Source: an uncultured Candidatus Saccharibacteria bacterium (GTDB lineage Bacteria; Patescibacteriota; Minisyncoccia; Ryanbacterales; HO2-45-13). From it: 64,000 nucleotides of DNA. Position 1 is the first letter of the stretch. Every line of letters begins with the position of its first letter. The translations under genes and the position numbers were made by a program. Shown here one piece after another: positions 48,701 through 56,500 of this stretch. The notes under the pieces are model-generated. The model saw nothing but the letters and a program-made list of their open reading frames with translations, did no database searches and had not been told where the DNA came from. The stretch is from assembly GCA_964354975.1 (NCBI GenBank), contig CAYHBS010000001.1:56282-120281 (forward strand). Direction: 5' to 3'.

Positions 48701-51193
48701 TGCGGTGAACGATGCAGACTGTCCGGTAATGACTGATTGTGACGTGGGACTACATGCGACGGGAGACGCGGGAGGTGGTGCGTTGTATTCATCATTGTCG
48801 GTGAGACTCGTGCATCCGGGATCGTTTGAGGTTGCTGTACCAAAGTCAATCTTGGTGTCTCCGTCATTGTCGAGGCCGTCAGAACAGGCGGCGGGGGGTG
48901 TTGTTCCTCCACCACTCATCGTTATCGTTTTTGTGGATTGGTTATAGGTAACGGTTCGTCCCTCAACGGTGAGACTGATGGAGCTCCCTGAAATAACAGG
49001 TTCAGGAACGGTTGGTGCAACACCAGTCGCCGATGGGTAGAGTAGTGTCATTTGGACAAAACGACCGGAAGAATTATTGGTGGTGAGTTCTACGTAGCGG
49101 TCAAGCACCGATTTTTCACATCCACCTCCGGAACAATTCAACGTCGTCGGCCCCCTCATGGTCATTGATTGATTTGCATAGATGGCGTCAATAAACACTT
49201 TGTTCGACGTGCCATTTTTGGTGAGCGTAAGTTTATTTCCTCCCGGAAGTGTGGGGGTGACGTCTTCTGAATAATGCTGTCGCTGTTGCCAACGACGCGC
49301 CACGGAACTTGTGAGGTCATCGATAATTACATAAAATCCATCGCTACTACTTTTGCGAACAAAGACGAAGTGGCGATCTGCGTCGGTAATGGTGTCGGGG
49401 TCAATAGTGGTGAGCCCATCTTCACCGTGACGCCGGTATGCCGCCCCAAGATCTGCCGCAACATGATACATATTTCCCGAGCGTTCATTGAGCGTGATGA
49501 CCGCGTCGGGTGCAGAATACCCTTGAATTTGCGGATTAGAATTGAGTCTATATCCGCTCGCATGGCATTCGGTGAGGTCACTACTGCATGCCATCACGCC
49601 GTTATGCGCTTTACTGCTCTGCAGATAGTAGTATCCACTACTATCATACCCGCCGGTATTGAAGAAGGTGTCGGTGAGAAATCGTGCCCCAAATGCGTTC
49701 AGAATATATGCGCCTTCGTCGGAGTGTCCGTGAAAGCCATTATAATCTCCCGCTTGTGAGGCAAGTTTAATATCATTTATACCTTCAAATCCGGTGCGCA
49801 TAAAAATATGCCCAGAACCCCATTGTCCTTGCGCAGAGCCCGCTGAATCATACGCTTTTACCAGGTCAATCTCGCCTGCCGGCGCACTACTTGGTCGTAC
49901 TTCAGAAATTTCTTTCCCCCAGAGCGCAATAGGGAGGATGTCGGTGGTTTCATATTCTCGAAGAATATTTGTGGTCGTGAGGGCTCCGACCGTTCGGCGA
50001 TCCATTTCTTTCCAGAACCACATCGCCACGCCGTCGTTATATTCAACCGCATTCATTGCATATGGTAGGCGACTCAACAAGACGTCGCGTCCATCTCCAA
50101 ATCCTATGGCGTGCTCCAAATCGGGAGCGGTCACATGCATCGCATACTCGCCGAATCTCTGAAGAATTGGCTTTCCATCGACGACGCGGTAACGCGCGAG
50201 GTCCGTTCCGGAATAGTTTTTGAGGATACGCTGCCAAAGATAGAGGTTACTAATGACCACGGATTGTGTATAGTTGTATGGTTCATATTCCGATCCATCA
50301 GGATCGAAGTCCTTGTCGAAGAAATATTTCATCATCGCCTCCCCCTTGGCAGTCAACTGTGCGGGAGTCAGCCCCGATCCATATCGTGTATACCCTTTGA
50401 GCAAGGTACCGGTGCCGTACACGATGCTCATGTATCCCATCCAGTGATTCCCCTTCGATCTTCCAAGAGACATGTCTGCGTAGGTTGTGTTGAGCACATT
50501 TATTGTCTGCGCGTACAACAAATCTTCGAGTTTATTCCGCGTGGTGAGATCGGTCGCAAGTGAATCATATGCAATATCCATCGGGATGATCATCTGACTG
50601 AACGCTCCAACATCGTAGAGTTCTATCTGTCCGTCCGTATCCACAATGGGGCGATAATTGGAAAACCGAGTGAGCGCGGCTTTTACGGCCGACATCATGG
50701 ACGCATCATTTGCAATCGCGGCACATACCGCAACATCAGTCACCTTGAGTGAGTCTTGATACCCACGAGACGTTGAATACCCCGATCCAAACCCACCCGT
50801 TGGAAACACCGAATTTTGCACTTCGGATTTTAGTCCGTCGCAACGAGATTTGAATGCGAGCCAAAATTTGTTGTTGATTGTTGAGGTGTCATTTACTTTA
50901 GCTCGAATACCTACGAGCTCTGCATCCGTGAACAAGAGATATGGATGATTCCCACCGTTCCCTTGATTTCCACCAGAGGTAGTTTGCGCCACCGCACCAC
51001 CTGCAAAGAAACCCTGAATAGCACCGAGCACTCGTTCAAGAATAGAGACGGTTGAGGCGATCATGTCGATCGTTGCTACGTCCGTGATTGCCGCGCGTGC
51101 GACGTTGGGAGGTACGGTGATCGAAATAATCGAGAGAACGAGTAAAAAAGAAAACAGCGCACGCGAGATGTGCCCGTGAGATGTGCTATTCAT
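42710..51193 (-). CDS. Giant secreted surface protein (about 2830 aa): two heparinase II/III-like modules, CxDGxDNDGD repeats, Ig/PKD-like, SH3-like, FN3-like and peptidoglycan-binding domains
   Basis: Signal/TM N-terminus; duplicated module starting GNHPYLLFTD with GFHGHSDEG(A/G)YILNAFG; about 10 C(S/A)DG(L/I)DNDGD..ID..DPGC-type repeats; VTWTTNEPATSRVAYG; C-terminal DVHSLQQYLN...YFGALTERALKRYQ...VGPRTRAAL. Confidence 0.75.
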   Translation of the reverse strand: MNSTSHGHISRALFSFLLVLSIISITVPPNVARAAITDVATIDMIASTVSILERVLGAIQGFFAGGAVAQTTSGGNQGNGGNHPYLLFTDAELVGIRAKVNDTSTINNKFWLAFKSRCDGLKSEVQNSVFPTGGFGSGYSTSRGYQDSLKVTDVAVCAAIANDASMMSAVKAALTRFSNYRPIVDTDGQIELYDVGAFSQMIIPMDIAYDSLATDLTTRNKLEDLLYAQTINVLNTTYADMSLGRSKGNHWMGYMSIVYGTGTLLKGYTRYGSGLTPAQLTAKGEAMMKYFFDKDFDPDGSEYEPYNYTQSVVISNLYLWQRILKNYSGTDLARYRVVDGKPILQRFGEYAMHVTAPDLEHAIGFGDGRDVLLSRLPYAMNAVEYNDGVAMWFWKEMDRRTVGALTTTNILREYETTDILPIALWGKEISEVRPSSAPAGEIDLVKAYDSAGSAQGQWGSGHIFMRTGFEGINDIKLASQAGDYNGFHGHSDEGAYILNAFGARFLTDTFFNTGGYDSSGYYYLQSSKAHNGVMACSSDLTECHASGYRLNSNPQIQGYSAPDAVITLNERSGNMYHVAADLGAAYRRHGEDGLTTIDPDTITDADRHFVFVRKSSSDGFYVIIDDLTSSVARRWQQRQHYSEDVTPTLPGGNKLTLTKNGTSNKVFIDAIYANQSMTMRGPTTLNCSGGGCEKSVLDRYVELTTNNSSGRFVQMTLLYPSATGVAPTVPEPVISGSSISLTVEGRTVTYNQSTKTITMSGGGTTPPAACSDGLDNDGDTKIDFGTATSNDPGCTSLTDNDEYNAPPPASPVACSPTSQSVITGQSASFTASNGNGTYAWTATGGTPSTGSGASFSTTYTSTGTKSVSVTSNSTTASCSVSVSTPPVTTTNCSDGVDGTDGEDTLIDMADPGCASPADTSESNPTPVSTKFSVGNTVRVSNTAGVNVRMPAGGASVGDGTGQPSGATGTVVEGPKFAVYSGVNYWWWNIDYTNAPDGWSIQDGLTVVTAPPPPTACADGLDNDADTKIDYGTGTNNDPGCTSLTDTDEYNPPPPASPVTCSPATQSVYTSASATFTAANGNGTYTWTATGGTPSTGSGASFSTTYSTTGTKSVSVTSNSTTASCSVSVSTPPVTGGGNNGNGGNHPYLLFTDQDLVDIRAKVNNSALVNNKYWLAFKADCDSQKSAVQNSVFPASGFGSGYSVRDGFYDAPKVRDVAICATIANDASMMSAVKAALTRFSNYSAFPNQPTASDPNLIDLHELGVFSPMVVAMDIAYDSFTTSSELSIRNRLEDLFYAEAVSVSTDYFWGDLSQPRGKGNKWYHAVGSVYGAGTLLKNYTRYGSGPTPASLITKGEAMMKYFLNYNIDPTGSEYEPYNYTQSVVTSNMYLWHHILNNYAGVDLFRYRIINGKPILQRFGEYTMHITAPNLNNAAGFGDGRDGLSKRASYAMNAAYYNDGAAMWYWNEMDRRRIGAMTTTNIRADYETDDLLTIMLWGKSIPEVRPSNAPAGELDFVRVHNAPGVDPGTRGSGQIFMRTGFEQTNDIQLVSKVGNHGGFHGHSDEGGYILNAFGVRFLTDTFFNTGGYDSSGYAYLQSSRAHNPVMACNSTLSACHSTGYQHNSNPTLQGYSPQVASITQNERVGNMYHVAGDLGEAYRRHGEFADGSIDPDTITDADRHFVFARKSNSDGFYVIIDDLASSVARRWQQRHHYSADVTPSLPGGNNLTLTKPGTTNKVFINTVYSNQAMTLRGPTTLNAAAGSEEAVLDRYVELSTNAESNRFVQVTLLYPSATGVAPVVGSPIVSGNVLRIVVDGRTVTYDMSTKTVTMSEGTTPPPPAVCADGIDNDGDGKTDYPTDPGCSSSTDTDEYNAPIAACSDGLDNDGDTKIDYGTGASNDPGCTSLTDNDEYNAPSPISPVTCSPTTQSVYTSASASFTAANGNGTYSWTATGGTPSTGTGATFSTTYSTTGTKSVSVTSNSTSASCNVSVTTPPPVAALCANSIDDDGDGKVDMADYGCVLATDNDESNPTPVSTKFAIGNAVKVTTTTFLNVRDIPGGTDIGDQLDNQNGTVIAGPKYAVFSGTPFWWWNIDFASGADGWSIQDGLTIVTAPPPACSDGLDNDGDTKIDFGTGTNNDPGCTSLTDTDEYNAPPPVYTCSDGLDNDGDGKIDLADLGCSSSTDNDEYNAPLAVCADGLDNDSDGKIDYPADFGCTSATDTSEINPVSTADIKARPSNSGTYTGGSISLNTGTTAAIQWSSTNAGSCTVVSNPSGTAWTGTAGTQTTPTLIQATTYALTCYQAGAVASTDSVVVNIVIPVACADGIDNDGDGKIDYGTATSNDPGCTSATDDSEADPVITDTTAPTISNLLADSSRGDQLVVTWTTNEPATSRVAYGTSGDLGELTEEDPRYVTSHTVTIHNLDRKTIYYVQVSSRDAAGNTRTSSIIGTYTVARLPKSPKVTELTASSGSIILRWNNPTEYEFYAGTIVMRSDTDFILTPSRATALADITGTTYTDTSAVVGTAYYYTVFTYDDEGTFSDPEFISYRILPGTITGTVGGGSVGSGGGTSDYIAPLSPTAFSAVQNGDGTATLHWVNPSDSDFSRVRILRKAGNAPTSASGADGSAIIYEGPMTAIVDGAVTVPNTFYAIFALDVHGNVSLPTVATRPSANYNSDGSEIITEGPGSAYPGVCSVTTPGITITRWLVFGEFGADVHSLQQYLNKIGHTVASSGPGAPGEESDYFGALTERALKRYQCERLGVCSGDPTTTGHGGVGPRTRAALASGATVGQCAGSGAPPPGLTSSSTPTQIESLRERLLELQRQLQLILAQ

Positions 51194-51402
51194 AAAAAAC
51201 AGTGAGTAATGTGGCGCTAATAATGTATATATTGTAGCAAGCAAAAAAACAATAATTTTTTCATTTCACAATATTTTTTTGCACACTAAATTGCAAAAAG
51301 TTGCAAAAAAATAGGGCTGATAAACCTTGATAAATATTTTGGCATTCTTGTTCATAACTTGTGCATATCTATCAAGGTGTAGTAATGCGTTATTGTTTGT
51401 TC

Positions 51403-51495
51403 ACAAATATAAAACCGCCTTGAGGCGGTTTTATATTTGTAATTATTCACAGGTTTCTTCCACATCACTTTCTTCTATGAGAAAGTGATGTGGAA
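51403..51495. terminator. Two long perfect hairpins downstream of gap
   Basis: acaaatataaaaccgcct-tg-aggcggttttatatttgt (51403-51440) and ttccacatcactttct-tctatg-agaaagtgatgtggaa (51458-51495). Confidence 0.65.
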
Positions 51496-51570
51496 TTTAT
51501 CCTTCAATTTGCATTATATACAGAAACTTTTCATGAATATTTTATCAGGAAACCTAAAATTGGTGCGAGA

Positions 51571-52572
51571 CTATTTCAAAAACTGTGCGAGCGATTCTAC
51601 GTGCTTAATGAGCATCGCGCAGTATCCCCATTCATTGTCGTACCACGCGCATACTTTGACCATATTTCCATCTACCACGCGCGTAAGCGATAGATCAACA
51701 ATTGAACCAAAGGGAGATCCAATAATATCAGATGACACCAGTGGTTGTTCTGCAACGGTGAGAATACCACTCCACTCACGCGACGCTGCGGCCTTGGACA
51801 GAATTGCATTCACCTCCGCTACGGTCGTTGTGCGGCGAGAAAGAAATGTAAAGTCGATAATAGAACCCGTGGCCACTGGCACTCGCATTGCAATGCCGTC
51901 AAACTTTCCTTTTACTTCCGGCAACACATGCTCTACCGCCTCTGCGGCTCCAGTGGACGTTGGGATAATATTCATAGCCCCTGCGCGTCCTCTCGCAAAA
52001 TCTTTTGCGTCGGGACCATCGACGATTTTTTGTGTAGCGGTATATCCATGCACCGTAGTGAGCATCCCCTTCTCAATACCAAGTTCCTTCATCAGTACCG
52101 CAACGATCGGATTTGTGGCGTTTGTAGTGCAGGACGCATTTGAAGAAATATTACTGCGCGAGAGTGCCTGAAAATTTAAATTCGGAGTTGCGGTCGGTGT
52201 GTCGTCACGCGCGGGAGCCGAAATAACAACTCGTTTCGCTCCTGCGCGAGTATGGGCAGACGCCTCATCTTGCGTCATGAATACGCCGGTGGACTCAATC
52301 ACCACGTCCACACCAAGTTGTTTCCAGGGAAGTTTTTCCGGTTCCTTTTCGTGAAGCACCGCGATCTTTTGCTTCCCTACCACAAGCATGTCTCCCTTCA
52401 CGCTCACCGATTGTTCATACGTTCGGTATACCGAATCATACTTTAGCAAGTACGCGAGGTTATAAATTTCCCCAAGATCATTAATTCCCACTATAGTGAT
52501 CCCCTTCTTCCCGTACGCCTGACGGAAAAATGTGCGCCCAATACGTCCAAAACCATTGATCGCTATATTCAT
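51571..52572 (-). CDS. gap: Type I glyceraldehyde-3-phosphate dehydrogenase
   Basis: INGFGRIGR, SNASCTTN, IIPTSTGAA and AWYDNEWGY. Confidence 0.97.
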   Translation of the reverse strand: MNIAINGFGRIGRTFFRQAYGKKGITIVGINDLGEIYNLAYLLKYDSVYRTYEQSVSVKGDMLVVGKQKIAVLHEKEPEKLPWKQLGVDVVIESTGVFMTQDEASAHTRAGAKRVVISAPARDDTPTATPNLNFQALSRSNISSNASCTTNATNPIVAVLMKELGIEKGMLTTVHGYTATQKIVDGPDAKDFARGRAGAMNIIPTSTGAAEAVEHVLPEVKGKFDGIAMRVPVATGSIIDFTFLSRRTTTVAEVNAILSKAAASREWSGILTVAEQPLVSSDIIGSPFGSIVDLSLTRVVDGNMVKVCAWYDNEWGYCAMLIKHVESLAQFLK

Positions 52573-52576
52573 ATGA

Positions 52577-53536
52577 TTAGTGCTGCTCTTTAGGCGCTGC
52601 TGCGGGACTTACTTTTTCTATCGAAAGCAAATAATTGTACGCCGAAAGCGCAGCTTTTACGGCGTCCCCACATGAAATGTTATTTTGTTTGTACAATTCG
52701 TCCGTCACGTCCCCCGCCGAAAAGACTCCCAGGCAACTCGTTGCGGCAGTACGATGATCAATGATTATTTCACCATGTGGATTAATATCCACGAGTCCTT
52801 TCGCGATTTCTGAATTTGGAATAGATCCGATTTCAACAAATACTCCTTGTACGGCTAGTGATTTTTCTTTATTGGTACGCGTATCGGTGTATATAAGCGC
52901 GCTCACCATTTTTTCACCCTCAATACGCGCGGTCTTGGCATTCGTGATAATTGATACTTTCTTGTCTCCCTTTAATTTTTCAAGCGTGATCGGATCTCCC
53001 TTTGGAGCGTCACCATATTCAATAATGCTGATAGTTTTTGCAAATGGGATCAGGTCCACGGCGGCTTCGAGTCCCGCGTTTCCCCCTCCCACCACCGCAA
53101 CGTCCATCCCGGAAAATATCGGAGCGTCGCAGGTGGAACAGTACGCTACACCCGTGCCTTCAAATTTATCCTCTCCCGGCACATTCAGCTTTCTCCGGCG
53201 CGCGCCTGAAGCAATAATAACCGAGCGCGCTTTGTAGGTTTTCCCCTTGTCTGTTTCCACAAGAAAATCGCCGTTTCCTTTTTCAATTTTAATCACCCGT
53301 TCGGGCATACGAATTTCAAGATTTGGTTGCGCGCGCATGTGCGCCTCTAGCGCCTTCGCGAGGTCATAGCCAGATATTGACGGGGTTCCTATCCAGTTTT
53401 GTACATCTGCGCTTACGATGGACTGCCCACCGATACTTTCGGTAATCACCACCGCTTTCATTTGTTTGCGAGCAACATATACGCCAGCCGCTGCAGCCGC
53501 GGGTCCGCCGCCAATCACAATAACGTCATATTCCAT
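52577..53536 (-). CDS. trxB: Thioredoxin reductase (TrxB/AhpF-like)
   Basis: IGGGPA, YCSTCD, VVGGGNAGLE and FSAGDVT. Confidence 0.88.
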   Translation of the reverse strand: MEYDVIVIGGGPAAAAAGVYVARKQMKAVVITESIGGQSIVSADVQNWIGTPSISGYDLAKALEAHMRAQPNLEIRMPERVIKIEKGNGDFLVETDKGKTYKARSVIIASGARRRKLNVPGEDKFEGTGVAYCSTCDAPIFSGMDVAVVGGGNAGLEAAVDLIPFAKTISIIEYGDAPKGDPITLEKLKGDKKVSIITNAKTARIEGEKMVSALIYTDTRTNKEKSLAVQGVFVEIGSIPNSEIAKGLVDINPHGEIIIDHRTAATSCLGVFSAGDVTDELYKQNNISCGDAVKAALSAYNYLLSIEKVSPAAAPKEQH

Positions 53537-53580
53537 ATGATTCTATTTTCCCATGTATTAATGACCCGAGCAAACTATAT

Positions 53581-56500
53581 TCACCGAGGTGTATATAATT
53601 TATCGGGTCGGATCGCAAATTCGATATCAATGGTATTTTGTTTGCTACAACCCACATAATCGGCACCGCACGCTCCGTCCCATCCGACGAGCTTGACACC
53701 GTAGCGACCGGGAAGTACCGAAGCGTCCAAAATAGTAATCGTCACGGTATCATTTAAATCAGTATCGAAAATTAGACCTTCGGTGGATCCGCTTGAGAAC
53801 CGTGCTTCATATTCGGAAGATTGCAACGTTGAAAATTCAGCGTCCGAGCACGTCACTTCATCATCAACGCACTTCACGTACACGCTATCTACCTTTAGCT
53901 TGATGTCCCCCGTAAACCCTCCGAGACGAGTCGCGGTTACTTCAATCGTATTTGTTTTCCAGTTACCAGTACCCGACTCATCCACCGGCTTTACTACCGC
54001 AAATGTAGTTTCGTTTGATGTGACTTCAAGCTCGAACGCGGGACCAACTTTGCGAAGTAGCACACACATTCCCCAGAAGGTATTTTCAAATGCGTTATAT
54101 TCATTGTTGTCAGTGACGGATGAGCATCCTGGATCATTACTACTTCCTTCTCCATAGTCTTTATAGGTGTCCACGTCATTGTCGACGCCGTCGTTGCAGG
54201 CATAAGCCGCTGGTGGTGCTCCTGGCTTATTGCCTGGATCTGTACCGTCAGTAGGAAATACATCTCCACTTTGGTCGAGTTCCGAAAATAATTTATGTGA
54301 AAACCTCGCGCTCACCGCATCTACCGGCAAGAAGAAGTTCGTGTTGACGCGATCGGTGGTAATAATATTATTTGGCACGTAGTCCGGAATATCAGTGGTA
54401 GGAGACGAGCCTCCGATGCGATTCCCCTGTGGAGTCGCTTCAAATGAAAACCCGGGTGTGGTGGATGCGGCGTTATACAGCTCGATATACGCCGATTCAT
54501 CTTTCTGGTACCACCCCTCGCCGCTACCACCATGGGCGTCATATATTTGCAGCCAGATGTCGTAATATCCGGAAGGAACGGGTGTGGGAAATGTGGCGGC
54601 GGTTGTTGTCGCCTCAAGAATTATTGCCCCACCATGCCGCGAGTTTAGACGCCGATCGGAATCCGCTTTCCTAACCCCATTTGTACTACTATCGGTCTCA
54701 CCTGTTGCGAGGAGAAAATCAAGTACGTACTCTCCATTCTCGGGATCGTCTTTCCAGTCACACGCTATTTCAAATGTGACGAGGGATGCACATCCGTCTT
54801 CTGCCCCAGTCACTTGATACTGGAGCGTACTATACGTCGCGCCTGAAAAACTAATCCATCCGAGAATGTCGCCTCCCCATGCCCAGCCACTGTAATTACA
54901 ATCGCTAATCGTGACGCCGTACTGAATAGACTCATTTGCCTGCTTGCTCAAACTAATCCAGCCGTCCCATCCTCCCGGATGATCTGCAGCAGTTGCGCAC
55001 GTACCGGGAATTTCGTTTGAAGCGGTCGCGGTACCAAGACATGCACGCGCCCAGCCCGTCACCTTCCCTGTTGAGGTTGCGACCCTTGCCTCACACAGTC
55101 CCGCCGGACATTGCCCGAGTTGACTCTTATTAAACGAGATCCAGCCAATGTTTTCATTCCATGCATATCCCGAAATGAGCCCCGTGGGATCTACATTGAG
55201 TCCATAATCATTTGAGGGATTCGGGTCTGCAAAACTAATCCACCCCACCGTTTCGCTCCATGCCCATCCCGTAATTTCACGCAGCGCACTATCCTCACTG
55301 CGATCGGAAAGTGATACACATCCTGTGTCCGATCCAAAATCAGTTTGCCCGTCTCCATCATTGTCTATTTTATCCTCGCACTGTACGGCCACACGTGAGC
55401 ATGTTTCGCAGGTATACCCGTCAGTTCCGCGATAAGAAATACCGGGATATTCTGCAGGAGGTGATCCGGGAGCCGGGTCCCAATCCACTTCCCAGAACCA
55501 CGCACCTTTCCCGTACTGTCCCGTATTGCTGTTGTCGGCGTATATAGGATCACTATTTAGCGCGGTACCAATGACATTCTTGGGTACACCAAGAAAGTGC
55601 TCATGGTTATCTCCTGGTCCCGTGCATCCCATATCTGCAGAATAATCAATGATGCCATCACCATCATTATCAATATTGTCTTCACATGCGTCGAGCCCTG
55701 CTACTGTGTTCACCTCCGTTGTATCCGCGGCAGAACTACATCCCGTGTCGGAAGAAAAATCAATCGCGCTGTCCCCATCATTATCTATGCCATCATTGCA
55801 ACCATTTGGCACACTTCCATTGTGATAACACACTCCTTTTCCTGTGCCGGGATGAATAAAGCATCCTCTCTTATACACCGTAGTACTGTTTGAGATAGGA
55901 TCATCAGGATCGGACATAATTCTACTCCCCGCCGTGTGCGTGGTGGAAACACGGTTGAGTTCGCTATCATCATCTGCATACGCGCATCCCGGATCATATC
56001 TGTCTTTATATCCGTCCCCATCATTGTCCACCGTATCGTTACACGCGGCAGAAGCGTCTGGATTACTTTCCACGTCACTTTCATCGTTGTCGCTCGTTGA
56101 ACTACATCCAACGTCATTGAGGTCAATATAAGTGTCTGTATCATTATCTTGCCCGTCATTGCACTGCGCAGGAAGAATGAGATTTCCGTCCGCTGCCCAT
56201 CCATCGGTGCCAGAATCAAAATTTACTCTCCAGTACCACGCACCTCCTTCGTAGCTTGGCGCACCTATAAATCCATAAGTTGGTGTGGACAGGGTAACCG
56301 CTCCCCCCGCATTTAGCACTTGAGACCCGCTCGGCGTCATACCACTCGTGGGTGAAAGCGCCCCTGCCGAAATAGGGTACACACTTGCGCTCGCCACGCC
56401 CACGACTATTCGCTGCCCATTTGAAAATGTAGTTGGCGGTATCTCATCCGACTCGTTATTGTCGGATGATCCTCCACACCCCGGATCTGCAGCGTCTATG

